Of a stretch of DNA of 64,000 nt, positions 1 to 9,989 are shown piece by piece. This DNA comes from a virus, in the IMG/VR virus record IMGVR_UViG_3300045988_076522. One strand, 5' to 3'. The notes below the pieces were generated by a model. It ran no database searches, had not been told where the DNA came from, and saw nothing but the letters and a program-made list of their open reading frames with translations. Numbering within the stretch: position 1 is the stretch's first letter; every line of letters begins with the position of its first letter. Made by a program: the position numbers and the translations under genes.

Positions 1-990
1 TTTGTCCATTATATCCGTCAAGAGAATCTCCAAGATTGCAGATAACTATATTCTCAAACCCACCACCAATGTAATAAGCTTCAGTATATACTCTCTTTAT
101 AATCATGTCAAATCTCTTCTTCATTTCTTCTTCGTTATAAGGATTCTGATAAATAGATAGAGGAGACACTGTGGCTCCAGTATGAATATCAGACAACCAT
201 ATGATTAGGTCTTTGCCGTTAGAAATTGTCGGCATACGTCCCCAGTCATACAGATTATTGAAGTCTAGCCCTTCTATAAGAGCTTTGCCGTCAGCTATTT
301 TAGCTTTCAGTTCGGCATTCTCCATGGCATACTTCTTAAGTAGTCGCTCGTTATTCTTGATGCGTTCTGCCTCTATGCCCCTTAGGAAGTCATTCTCCTT
401 CTCCCTTAGTTGCATATCTTTAAGCTCGTCAATAGTATTCTCCTCAATAACATGAGGAGCAAATGGTGCTGCGGCTTTAGTAATATTGAAGACTTTGAGA
501 ATCTTCTTAAACTCCTCTAGAGAATATTCAGGGAAGCTACGACTTACTTCTCTTTGTGTTATGGATGAACCATAATAAGAGTAAAGTCTATGAATCATAT
601 TCATTTCATCCCTAGTAAGACTGCCAGTAAATGGTGCTTTGTCTCTTAGCGGGATAGTGAATTGATACTTAACAATCTTACCTTCATCATCTCTGACCAA
701 TGTAATCTTGCCAGTACTAGTTTCCTCCTCTTCAGAAGATGTCACTTCTTCCAATTTAGAACGACGTATAATACCTCTCTTGCTAACCTTGTCATACAGA
801 CTCATTATCATGTCGTAGGATTCCTTGTCGATACTGCCATCAGCTATATCTTTGTTTACTACCTGTTTCTTTACCCAGAAGTAATTCTGTGGAAGACCTA
901 CTTGTTCTGCATATGCATTTAAACTAATGTTCTGTTTTAAAACTTCTTGTAAGTGATTGATTAGCTTGGTAATTGTTGTTTCTCTCATTT
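1..990 (-). CDS. Metallophosphoesterase (Mre11/SbcD-like nuclease), N-terminal part. The gene runs off the window start and is absent from the ORF track.
   Basis: Minus-strand ORF starts with ATG near 990 (MRETTITKLINHL...). The translation contains IIWLSDIHTG (D-x-H) and NLGDSLDG (GD-x-x-D), which are calcineurin-like phosphoesterase motifs I and II. No in-frame stop appears before position 1. Confidence 0.45.
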
Positions 991-1130
991 CTGAGTTAAA
1001 ATTAGATAACCTTTCGGCGCTTATATAAAATCTAATCTCTTTTAGTTATGCACATCTGAATAAAAAGAAAAGGGACTACCTTATTCACATAAGATAATCC
1101 CTTTGATATTTAAGGTCAGTAGAAGTTGGC

Positions 1131-1667
1131 TTAGCCCTCGACCCCAAAGCAAATATATGTACCCATCTTAGCTGATTTTGACGGAGTGTGTTTTACTTCA
1201 AAAGCACCGTCTTCGCCTTCAACTACAGCCTTGATGTACTTGCAATAGATATCGCCAGTATAACCTTTCTTAGTGTAAAGTTCCTTAGCGATTTCTTTGG
1301 CTTTAGTTTTAGTTTCAAAGTTCAAGAACAATACTTCACCAGTTGCAGGATTGATTCCCTGATAGCCAGTTTTGTATTTACGTTTACCTTTCTCGTTCTT
1401 GATGTCACGCATAGTATAAGGACGTTCACGAGTATCAGCAGAACCTGCTTCAAATGTGATAGAACATCCGATGCCAGCAGCAAACTTAGTATGCTTAGCC
1501 AGATACTCTGCTTCAAATTCCTTCAAAGCTTTCTCTGAAATAGGTTTACCAGCTGTCTTCCATGCCTGAGTTGCATCACGAATTACTTGGAAAGGTGCTT
1601 GTGCGATTGCTTCTTGTTTAGTATAACCTTTTACTTCTACGTTCTTAAAATTTACTTGGTTTGTCAT
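1131..1667 (-). CDS. Hypothetical protein. The likely start is MTNQVNFKN at 1667; the ORF track extends it to 1868.
   Basis: Long minus ORF tightly packed after the previous gene. Lys-rich; no recognisable motif. Confidence 0.5.
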   Translation of the reverse strand: MTNQVNFKNVEVKGYTKQEAIAQAPFQVIRDATQAWKTAGKPISEKALKEFEAEYLAKHTKFAAGIGCSITFEAGSADTRERPYTMRDIKNEKGKRKYKTGYQGINPATGEVLFLNFETKTKAKEIAKELYTKKGYTGDIYCKYIKAVVEGEDGAFEVKHTPSKSAKMGTYICFGVEG

Positions 1668-1886
1668 AATTAATTGGAATTTAAACATTAGTTCATTGTC
1701 ATATCTCTTTGTTATTGTATTACAAAGGTACTGCTTTAATAGTAAACTACCAAACAGTTCTAATGCAAAATAATCTAAATTTAATTCTATTAATCTGACT
1801 CTCCTTCGAGAGGAAAGCGTTACAAAGATACTACATTTCTTGTAACTACACAAGTAAATTGCCAACAATTAGTGAGTTAATAAGAT

Positions 1887-2144
1887 TTAACTATTATCGT
1901 TTGGCGGAAAGCAAAATTCATTTTTAGTCATTTGCTTCCATGTGTCTCGACTTTCCTCGTAGAACTTGTCCACGATTTCGTCAGAGCGTTTCTCTATTAA
2001 TCCTGCTGCCCATAACAGCTGGTGGAAACGCATATCGGGATGTTTCCTGGCTAATACTTCCAAACTATGAATTATAGCCATGTTATTCAAATATCTGTCA
2101 TGTACCATAATTAAAATGGCGTTTCTGGCGTAGTAGGTTCCCAA
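1887..2144 (-). CDS. Hypothetical protein, possibly the 3' continuation of 2111..2503 after a frameshift
   Basis: 85-aa minus ORF overlapping the upstream ORF by 34 nt in a different frame. Confidence 0.35.
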   Translation of the reverse strand: MGTYYARNAILIMVHDRYLNNMAIIHSLEVLARKHPDMRFHQLLWAAGLIEKRSDEIVDKFYEESRDTWKQMTKNEFCFPPNDNS

Positions 2145-2503
2145 GGAAGCTCTTTATCAAGAATTTCATTAATCTTAGCAACCATATCTTTAGCCGATTT
2201 TAAATCAAATGTCAAGAACTCGGTAGTGTTTCTCATAAAATCATCACATATAACTGCGAGACCTTTAAGAAGACCCTCCGAATTATGACTTTCTTTGCCC
2301 TGTCTAATCTTCTGGATTACTTGCCAAGTAGTTGCGTTAGGAGTTTTGTTCCTAGCTTGCTTAGTAAGAAAGCATATTAGTGATATTAAAGCGAACTTAG
2401 TTCCTATATCACAGGCCAGACATCCTAAACTGAAGTACTGCTTGTAGTATTCCTTCAAATCATTCATAGTAGGCTCATAGTATTCCATCAGCATCGTATC
2501 CAT
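2111..2503 (-). CDS. Hypothetical protein
   Basis: Minus ORF of 130 aa. Its 3' end overlaps the next ORF in another frame. Confidence 0.45.
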   Translation of the reverse strand: MDTMLMEYYEPTMNDLKEYYKQYFSLGCLACDIGTKFALISLICFLTKQARNKTPNATTWQVIQKIRQGKESHNSEGLLKGLAVICDDFMRNTTEFLTFDLKSAKDMVAKINEILDKELPWEPTTPETPF

Positions 2504-3512
2504 AAAGCTCGTAATATGCTACACGCCTCAACAATGTAGTAAATTCGGTAAAACCCGACAACATATGACCATTATTAACAGGAAACACTCCAGACCTAAA
2601 ATCCGGAACTGTTGATACCACTAACATATTAGCCTTAAGTGTGGGTTTTGCCTTATATTCATTCTCTATGTACAATTTCAGCATCCACATATACATAGCC
2701 ATTTGCCTAGCATAGTGATACTTATCAAAGCTCTCATGAAACTTAGTGAGATAATGTCCACTAGTCTTCAAGTCATTGAGAACTAATTCATTCGACTCTG
2801 GACTGTATGTAAAATTATCCAACTTAGCTTTTAGTTTAAGAACCTTACTAAGACCATTATGCTCAACAAGCACATCTATTAATAGTACAGACTCATTCTT
2901 GGAGATTGGCTTCTCTAATAAATAGTCTGGATTCAATAAGGATTGTATTTGTGGATTACATTCAACTGATACAATACATTCTCGTAGTTTGTCTCTAGAT
3001 TTAGCATCAAGATAAATTGGAACCTTATCTGCAACATATTTGCTGCCCCACTCATAAGCTGTGCGTTGAGCATAATAGTTCTCGCATTTTATGCGCAGAG
3101 CATCCATTTTGTCTTCATCCATTTTACCTTTATAATAGCTAATCTTGTCAGACGCTACTACTATCTCATCCTTAGTAACAACACCATTAGCTATAAATAA
3201 AGGATACAGCTCATCAGCCATGAATCCGGCTTTAGCTGTTGGTCTATCTACAGACTCTACAAGAATAAAAGACTCTGGTTGCAGTACTAATTCATGTACT
3301 GCCGAACCAAAGTACAGCGAATCGGAGTATCTTCCATCAGCACCCAGTCCTGCTAAATAAGCTTCTGGGCTACCTCCTTGTTCTGGGTTTATAAGCTTCA
3401 ATCTAGAATTACTAATGTAATCAGAATAAGCTTCACTGAAATACTCCTCATCACTTATCTCAAGGAACTTGATAGTTTCAATTAGTGGTGTAATTTTAAT
3501 GTCTTTAAGCAT
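2475..3512 (-). CDS. Putative PD-(D/E)XK-family nuclease/exonuclease
   Basis: 345 aa with D/E/K-rich segments. It sits in the replication/recombination module. The call rests on context and weak motifs only. Confidence 0.35.
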   Translation of the reverse strand: MLKDIKITPLIETIKFLEISDEEYFSEAYSDYISNSRLKLINPEQGGSPEAYLAGLGADGRYSDSLYFGSAVHELVLQPESFILVESVDRPTAKAGFMADELYPLFIANGVVTKDEIVVASDKISYYKGKMDEDKMDALRIKCENYYAQRTAYEWGSKYVADKVPIYLDAKSRDKLRECIVSVECNPQIQSLLNPDYLLEKPISKNESVLLIDVLVEHNGLSKVLKLKAKLDNFTYSPESNELVLNDLKTSGHYLTKFHESFDKYHYARQMAMYMWMLKLYIENEYKAKPTLKANMLVVSTVPDFRSGVFPVNNGHMLSGFTEFTTLLRRVAYYELYGYDADGIL

Positions 3513-4008
3513 AACTCCTCATGAATTGATAAGCATCTATAATCTCATCTTTACATAAGGAGAATACTTTAAACATAGGAAAGTCAATAGTCCTTTCTGT
3601 ATGCATTAATAATGCAGGCAGTCCAGAACGTTGACATTTTAGTACGTTACTTAAAGAATCGTCAACAAAGACATCCACTTTACCTTTAATCATATCAGCC
3701 TTATTACCGTGTTGGTAATACATTTGATAGACTGGTCTATCTGGGAATCCATTTCGTCTTAGCCATTCTTTAGTCCAAGTTTTATTGTTTACACGTTTAG
3801 TGCAATATAATTCCGGAACAAAATCAGGTCTGTTAACTACTTTGAGATTTAACCAGAAGTCTCTGTCCTTACTAAGAATACGTTGTACATTCCTAGTAAT
3901 CATGCTATCTTCAAGCATACGTGGATTACTAGCTGTATCGAAGTACTCACAGTAAGCACCCCAAAAGTCAGCTAGACAATCGTCAATATCTAAACCTATT
4001 CTAAACAT
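3505..4008 (-). CDS. 5'(3')-deoxyribonucleotidase, HAD superfamily (NT5C-like)
   Basis: N-terminal IGLDIDDCLADF matches HAD motif I (DxDx[T/V]). The ~165 aa size is typical of phage NT5C. Confidence 0.6.
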   Translation of the reverse strand: MFRIGLDIDDCLADFWGAYCEYFDTASNPRMLEDSMITRNVQRILSKDRDFWLNLKVVNRPDFVPELYCTKRVNNKTWTKEWLRRNGFPDRPVYQMYYQHGNKADMIKGKVDVFVDDSLSNVLKCQRSGLPALLMHTERTIDFPMFKVFSLCKDEIIDAYQFMRSYA

Positions 4009-4027
4009 TCATTGTCATCTTGTACGA

Positions 4028-4249
4028 CTAGAACTCTTCTATATCGTATATGTCACCAATAATTATCTCTTTGTCTTTAGCCATAGTACCTGCCAGTTCA
4101 TCATAATCACCTGGAGGGTCTATGTCATAATCTGTAATGAATAAGTCAATAAACTTATCCTCAGCTTCTGTAAAGCTTCTAGCTCTTCCCTTCTCTAGCC
4201 ATAAATCACCGTCGTCCAGACTATAACAAGGCAGAATATAAGTGTTCAT
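4028..4249 (-). CDS. Hypothetical acidic protein
   Basis: 73-aa ORF rich in D/E. Confidence 0.4.
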   Translation of the reverse strand: MNTYILPCYSLDDGDLWLEKGRARSFTEAEDKFIDLFITDYDIDPPGDYDELAGTMAKDKEIIIGDIYDIEEF

Positions 4250-4361
4250 CAGCAGATATAATAATTAAATGATTCAAGATTTAGTAAGTCAAGATGTGAA
4301 TATATCAAATTTGCCATAGGATATTCTAATCAAGCATTACTTAAACAAAGAAAGCCACAGA

Positions 4362-4757
4362 TTACTCCGTAGCCTTCTTAATAAGTTCATAAAAGAAATC
4401 TTTACTCATCATAACGTATTCTCCGTCAGAGCCCATGTTTACTCCCTTGTCAATCTGCTTGTTCCAGATTATTACTAAGGGTCTATCTTTACGACCACAT
4501 GTTTTGATAATTTCAGCAATAGACGGTGTGTTCTTAGTACATTTACATTGTACGTAACATGGCAATTTGTCCTCGGTTTCAGCTATGTCAATTTTAGCAT
4601 CATCCAGATTCTTGGACTCACTACGAGATGACTTTAGGCCTTTATAACCAAGTCCTATCAATTCCTTAATAATCTTAAGTTCATAATTATTACCTTTACG
4701 TTTAGCATATGCACCGTTACGTTTCTTCTTCGGTTTTACTTCTTCAGTGTTCTCCAT
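4362..4757 (-). CDS. Putative Holliday-junction resolvase-like PD-(D/E)XK endonuclease
   Basis: Basic N-terminus. NYELKII...G, then D..KIDIAETE and YVQCK, fit the E/D...D-x(n)-(E/Q)xK arrangement of Hjc/RecU-like resolvases. Confidence 0.4.
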   Translation of the reverse strand: MENTEEVKPKKKRNGAYAKRKGNNYELKIIKELIGLGYKGLKSSRSESKNLDDAKIDIAETEDKLPCYVQCKCTKNTPSIAEIIKTCGRKDRPLVIIWNKQIDKGVNMGSDGEYVMMSKDFFYELIKKATE

Positions 4758-5740
4758 GCCCTTTCAATTAAATTAAGTGTCTTCTCTCTACCATATTTAG
4801 CATGAAAGTCAGATATATCTTTAGCTCCATAAGACCTAGGAATGAAGATGCAGTCTATGTTAAACTTCTTTCTTATCTGGTTCATGTTATGAATGCCAGG
4901 CAAGTCGTTATCATAGAATACAACTATCTTCTTAAATCTTTTACTCAACTTCTCGAATTGAGATTCAGTTAAGAATAAATTCTCTGAATTAGGAGCTATT
5001 GCAGTAATTCCTAAAGAATATAGACACATAACGTCTTTCATACTCTTAGTAACTACTAACAAATCGCCTTCTGCCGGAAGCTGATGTGCTCCCTGTAACA
5101 TGATAGACTTCCAGTTAGATAGAAACCGTGTAGTTCCTCTTTCTCTAAATGGAAAGTAGATTCTCCATAACTCAACCCCTTTATCGTTCTTACCACGATA
5201 ATAGCCAAACATGGGATTCTGTGGACCAGTAGTGGCATAATAACTGCCATTTAAATAGACAGCCTTGCAAGAATAGACTCTGAATCTCTTCAGAATCTCC
5301 TTAGTAATGCCATATTGTGCCCACCACTGTAGTTCAGATTCAGTGAACTCTTGTACATCAGCTCTTATAATCGCAGGTCCATCGTCCTTAAATTCAGACT
5401 TACTTGCGACTACAGGCTTATTGTTCTTAGGTAACGTTTTATGAGTTATATAGCCAAAGTCGTTAGCAATTATTTGCAATGCCTTATAATAAGTACAACT
5501 ATACTTATACATAACCACACTAATGAAATTACCATAGAACTGTCCGCTGAAGTCATTGAATATGATGTCTCCAGACGCATTCCTATAAAAGGAACACGTA
5601 GGAGAATTATCATTTCTCAACGGAGATTTAAACAACCCTTTCTTAACTGGGATTCCTAGATAGTACTCAAGATAAGTTTCCTGAGTCTGCCTTTCAAGTA
5701 AATACTTCTTAGTAATTTTAGGTTCATATTCCAATACCAT
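4736..5740 (-). CDS. DNA primase (DnaG-like: zinc-binding plus TOPRIM)
   Basis: The N-terminus has a CHC2-type zinc-finger-like segment (NDNSPTCSFY...GDIIFNDFSG). The C-terminal region has the TOPRIM signature (LLVVTKSMKDV...VVFYDNDLPG). Confidence 0.6.
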   Translation of the reverse strand: MVLEYEPKITKKYLLERQTQETYLEYYLGIPVKKGLFKSPLRNDNSPTCSFYRNASGDIIFNDFSGQFYGNFISVVMYKYSCTYYKALQIIANDFGYITHKTLPKNNKPVVASKSEFKDDGPAIIRADVQEFTESELQWWAQYGITKEILKRFRVYSCKAVYLNGSYYATTGPQNPMFGYYRGKNDKGVELWRIYFPFRERGTTRFLSNWKSIMLQGAHQLPAEGDLLVVTKSMKDVMCLYSLGITAIAPNSENLFLTESQFEKLSKRFKKIVVFYDNDLPGIHNMNQIRKKFNIDCIFIPRSYGAKDISDFHAKYGREKTLNLIERAWRTLKK

Positions 5741-5787
5741 ATTATTTCAATGTTTAATGTTTGAACCTCAAATTTACTAATTAATTA

Positions 5788-6471
5788 TTACACTTCAAAG
5801 TCAAGGTCTGCGTTATCTGTGGCTACATCATTAGATGCTGCAAAATCGTCAGAACTTGTACCAGGCATGTCAGTAGGGCCGTTACTCTTCTGTTTATTCA
5901 TCTGACTGATTTCATAGTCAGAGAAGAATACTTTGTCTCCTAACCAGTTGTTAGAGATATATGCATCACCTGCTTTACTGATATTGACGAAATAAGGCAG
6001 ACAAGGTTCGCCTTTCTTATTAGCAATCAGCTTCAGATTAGTATGCTTATTAACTGCATCCTTAGTGATGTCGGCAAATGTCTTTACCAATTTCTCAAAC
6101 TCTTCCGGAAGGGCAAAAGTTTTAGTTTTAAATGCTTCATATTTCTTAGGAGCAAGTTGTTCTCCAATATGAGCTAACATAAATTTAAACTTCTCAAAGT
6201 TGGACGGACTTTCACGTTCAACTCCATTGTTAGAGCTTACTTGTCTTACATCATCTCCCTCTTTAGGACAGAATACTGTTTCTTCATAAACACCATTCTC
6301 ATTCTCGAATGAAATTCTCATGGTTTTGTACACTGCGTCAGGGTCTTTCTTACCCTTAAACTCATTGAATGTTATTCCCTTGAAGATAACATCGTGGATT
6401 TCCCATGGTTTCAGTCTTGGTTTAATAGATGATGTACCGTTCGTGTTTGTTAAGTTGAAATTCATTGACAT
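5788..6471 (-). CDS. Putative single-stranded DNA-binding protein
   Basis: The acidic C-terminal tail ends in ...ADLDFEV, an SSB-like acidic tip with a terminal aromatic. It lies between the primase and the ATPase. Confidence 0.35.
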   Translation of the reverse strand: MSMNFNLTNTNGTSSIKPRLKPWEIHDVIFKGITFNEFKGKKDPDAVYKTMRISFENENGVYEETVFCPKEGDDVRQVSSNNGVERESPSNFEKFKFMLAHIGEQLAPKKYEAFKTKTFALPEEFEKLVKTFADITKDAVNKHTNLKLIANKKGEPCLPYFVNISKAGDAYISNNWLGDKVFFSDYEISQMNKQKSNGPTDMPGTSSDDFAASNDVATDNADLDFEV

Positions 6472-6553
6472 AGTTTATAAGTATTAAAGTTCAAAAGTTA
6501 ATGGGTCAATCTCTTTAGCTGACTCATCTCCAATCTCTGTGTCTAACGGCAAA

Positions 6554-7045
6554 TCAATGTTGTCGCTTTTCATCTTCTAATACCTCTATGTTATCTACTT
6601 CAGGCTCTTCCGGCCTTTCAGCATTACCAACTAATACGAAGAGGTCGTCTTGACCTTTCATCGTAGTTACTGTAAATGTATCGCCATACTGGCGTAGCAT
6701 GTCATTAGCTTTACCTCTACAGCTGACAGACAGACTCTTAGTAAGTTTGTTTCCACCTTTGGTTCCAAAGGCTTCATCAGTTCCTATAACGGGGAAAGTG
6801 ATTCCGTCAATTTTCTGATATTTAATACTAAGTCTATCTTCCCAAGCAACTCCCATTAATTGGGCAGCTGCTTTATTAAGTATGTACTTGTTAGGGTCTA
6901 GGGTAATTTGCGGTTCAGATGTCTCTGGAACCTCTTCCTTGACTGTTCTAGTCTTTACTTCTTCTTTGACAATTTCCTGCTTTAGAGATTTATACTCTCC
7001 AGTAGCTGGGTCAAAGTCCAAAGTTAACAGCATTTTAACTATCAT
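6554..7045 (-). CDS. Hypothetical protein
   Basis: 163-aa ORF in the replication module. Confidence 0.45.
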   Translation of the reverse strand: MIVKMLLTLDFDPATGEYKSLKQEIVKEEVKTRTVKEEVPETSEPQITLDPNKYILNKAAAQLMGVAWEDRLSIKYQKIDGITFPVIGTDEAFGTKGGNKLTKSLSVSCRGKANDMLRQYGDTFTVTTMKGQDDLFVLVGNAERPEEPEVDNIEVLEDEKRQH

Positions 7046-7734
7046 TCTCCGTATTCAAATTTATTGATTGTGTCAATCACCATCTTCATATTAGGTTCAA
7101 CATATAAATCAGGGAAACATCCTGCGGTACTTCTACAAGTATCTGGACCAAGTGACCTTGTTCTGAATTTATAGTCCACCTCTTCATCATTTACAATCTT
7201 CTCTGCATACAGCAAATAATTAAACAGTCCATCTATATTAACAGACCTATCCAACATCTTTCCAGTAGTAAATAACTTATATTTAGGGTCATAGTCGTTA
7301 CCGTCATTTACAATATGAGATATGAACACTACAATTAAATCCTCTCTAAGAGTCATAGCCTTCATTATTAAATCATAATAGTGCTTTGCAAAGTCAATAT
7401 GCTTATCATATCCTTTCTCCGCACTTCTAGACATCACCTCTTGTGAAAGAAGATAATTACTATCGTCAATTACTAAGACCTTAATCTCTGGCATTTTAAC
7501 ATTAACTACATTCATGATGTTCATCACTTTGGCAAATTCATTGCTGAAATACCAATTTCCAACATAGTTCTTGTCTTTGTCCTGAGTTAGCTTCTTGTAA
7601 TTCTTCCTAAATCCTGGAATTGATAATTGTTTAGGAGTACAGCTAATGATAAATGTCTCCTTTGGGTTTAAATACTGTAGGGAACTAGACTTACCACTTC
7701 CCGAAAATCCTCCAAGTCCTATAATTTGGCTCAT
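7042..7734 (-). CDS. AAA_24/Sak4-like RecA-fold ATPase
   Basis: Walker A GLGGFSGSGKSS at the N-terminus. Walker B-like VLVIDDSNYL. About 230 aa, next to the helicase. Confidence 0.5.
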   Translation of the reverse strand: MSQIIGLGGFSGSGKSSSLQYLNPKETFIISCTPKQLSIPGFRKNYKKLTQDKDKNYVGNWYFSNEFAKVMNIMNVVNVKMPEIKVLVIDDSNYLLSQEVMSRSAEKGYDKHIDFAKHYYDLIMKAMTLREDLIVVFISHIVNDGNDYDPKYKLFTTGKMLDRSVNIDGLFNYLLYAEKIVNDEEVDYKFRTRSLGPDTCRSTAGCFPDLYVEPNMKMVIDTINKFEYGE

Positions 7735-7738
7735 TAAA

Positions 7739-8830
7739 TCATAATGTTATGGTTACGCGTAAATCATCTTTCTTAGTTCGTTCTATCTCGACTTCCCTGT
7801 CTGGGAAATCAATAATAGTCCAATCTGGATTCTTATACTTGTCATAATCATTGATTTCAGACGCAGATGGAAGCTCTTTAAAGATACCACATCTACCATA
7901 AAATCCTACACCAATGGCTACGTCAGACGCACCAAATCTATTCTTAAGAACCAATAATGACCTGAAACCATCCTTTAGCTCTTTAATGCAATATCCTCTA
8001 TATGTAGACAATTTGCTTCTAAATGGATTAAATAATACCAATACTACATTGGCATCCTCACTCGGAGAACCACTCTCTTTTAAATCTGACAAATCAGGTT
8101 CTTGCAAGCCTTGTTTTAGTCGTTCTGCATTATTAGCATTTCTATTGAACTGCATAATATTGATTGGAGATATCTTACATTTATTTCTAAATGAGACACC
8201 ATATGCCGATATGGTATCAATCTCCTCTTTCTTGCTACGACCCAACTGTGGTCTCACTAAGCCTAAGTGGTCAGTAATTACTGCGATAATTTGTTTCGGA
8301 TTATTAAGTTCATAAGTATCTTCATCAACAAAGGTTCCAAATTTCTTTAAATCCTCTATGATTAGAGACTTATACTTCTCTGAATTGAGAGTGCCGTCAT
8401 GTATTATTAGTCTGTCCTCTATAGATTCTAGCCATGGAATACATTCCTGTACTAACTCATAATCCTCATCAGAGAGTGTAGAGTCCTTGCCTCTAGACAA
8501 TAACTCTTTAAAAGATATTTGTTTACCATATGTCTCATATATATGAAGAGAGAGCAATTTAGCAAGTAACTGCTCAGCACTCATCTCCAAAGAGAATATA
8601 ATAAACTGAACATCCTTATCAGAATCAGAGTCCAGTAGAGCCTTATATATAAAGGAGTGAAGCACGAAACTAGTCTTACCGTTACCAGTTCCTGCGGCAA
8701 TCAGGTAATAGGTCTCTTGAGTTAATCCGTCAATTATATGCTCCAGCTTAGGCATTCCAAGTGATAATCCTTGATTGTCACCTTCTCTGCCTCTTTTGAT
8801 AAGTTCGATTAGTCTGCTAGTATATGTCAT
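7739..8830 (-). CDS. DnaB-like replicative helicase (C-terminal RecA-like domain)
   Basis: GLSLGMPKLEHIIDGLTQETYYLIAAGTGNGKTSFVLH matches the DnaB H1/Walker A region. It is downstream of the primase. Confidence 0.6.
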   Translation of the reverse strand: MTYTSRLIELIKRGREGDNQGLSLGMPKLEHIIDGLTQETYYLIAAGTGNGKTSFVLHSFIYKALLDSDSDKDVQFIIFSLEMSAEQLLAKLLSLHIYETYGKQISFKELLSRGKDSTLSDEDYELVQECIPWLESIEDRLIIHDGTLNSEKYKSLIIEDLKKFGTFVDEDTYELNNPKQIIAVITDHLGLVRPQLGRSKKEEIDTISAYGVSFRNKCKISPINIMQFNRNANNAERLKQGLQEPDLSDLKESGSPSEDANVVLVLFNPFRSKLSTYRGYCIKELKDGFRSLLVLKNRFGASDVAIGVGFYGRCGIFKELPSASEINDYDKYKNPDWTIIDFPDREVEIERTKKDDLRVTITL

Positions 8831-9450
8831 AGTTCCGTCATAGTATCAAACACTAATTCTTCATATGTTCCATCTTTAAACTTCTCGATGCCTTCCCAAG
8901 CCTTAGACATTATAAAGTCAGCAATATTGACGTTTATCAGATTACATTTGTTCTGTTTAGCCCAATTGACTAACTCTATCACCCTTTTATGATTCTCAAG
9001 TTTCCACCCTATATTTTTGCCATATCTAAAGAACATGTCTTCTAAAGTGTTAAACTTCTTAGACCAGTTCTTTAAACTATACTCCCTACCATTAATAATG
9101 ACAATATCTGGGTATGCTTCCCAGAACTCTCCTCCCAGGTCTCCGGAATACTTTCTATAATTCTTAATGAAGTTTTCATTAAAGATTACAGATTCAGGGT
9201 CAAACGTCTGACCCTCTGCGGGAATTTTATACTTCTTAGTAATGACTCCCTTCACCTGTAGACTTAATAATACGTCTCTAAGGCGGGTTTTAGTTATTGG
9301 CATTCCCAGATATCGGATGAGGGAGTCTTTATGTCCCTCTTCTGGTTGTGCCAAGAATAGCAACTCAATCATTAACAACTCCTCAGCAGTAAGCCTATAC
9401 TGCTCCATTATTAACAACTGATTCTCTATTGTTAAACTTAATTTCTCCAA
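8827..9450 (-). CDS. Hypothetical protein
   Basis: 207-aa ORF. Confidence 0.45.
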   Translation of the reverse strand: MEKLSLTIENQLLIMEQYRLTAEELLMIELLFLAQPEEGHKDSLIRYLGMPITKTRLRDVLLSLQVKGVITKKYKIPAEGQTFDPESVIFNENFIKNYRKYSGDLGGEFWEAYPDIVIINGREYSLKNWSKKFNTLEDMFFRYGKNIGWKLENHKRVIELVNWAKQNKCNLINVNIADFIMSKAWEGIEKFKDGTYEELVFDTMTEL

Positions 9451-9503
9451 GCGTATTGATTAATAAGTAAATAACTTACTAATCTATCAGCTGTGATACT
9501 TTG

Positions 9504-9728
9504 TTATTCTGATTTCTCAGTGTCCTCAATCACATAAGCTTCGCCTGCTACTTCGTAAGGAGCTATAAACTCTTTAAAGAGTTCTGTCTGCCTTGCTACC
9601 ATAGCCTTGACGTCATAGATTCCACCTTCAAATTCAATTTCACCGTTTTCGTTGACACCACTAGCATGAATGATACTATCAAACGTGTTAGTAAGCATTA
9701 CAAGTTCAAGCAATCTTTCAGTTGTCAT
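9504..9728 (-). CDS. Hypothetical protein
   Basis: 74-aa ORF. Confidence 0.4.
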   Translation of the reverse strand: MTTERLLELVMLTNTFDSIIHASGVNENGEIEFEGGIYDVKAMVARQTELFKEFIAPYEVAGEAYVIEDTEKSE

Positions 9729-9788
9729 GTAATTTTGACCGTTAAGGATTACAAAGATACGATAATCTTGTTACATTTCAAAACGAAT

Positions 9789-9989
9789 CTACTTAAATTT
9801 CAGGCTCGTAATAAGACTCTGCACATCTAGAGGGCTACGCTCTAAATGCACAGACATCATGCAAATACGATGCTCTGAATGCTTCTCTAACAGCTCTAAT
9901 AGCTTAACAGCATCAACATCAGTAGATACTGTTGAAGTTCTATCAGGCTGCCCTTCAGCACCTATGTTGCAATATAACACTCTAAACAT
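9789..9989 (-). CDS. Hypothetical protein
   Basis: 66-aa ORF. Confidence 0.35.
   Translation of the reverse strand: MFRVLYCNIGAEGQPDRTSTVSTDVDAVKLLELLEKHSEHRICMMSVHLERSPLDVQSLITSLKFK

Noticed and set aside
201-922. Plus-strand ORFs 201..455 and 662..922
   Set aside because: They are antisense to the clearly motif-bearing minus-strand metallophosphoesterase gene.
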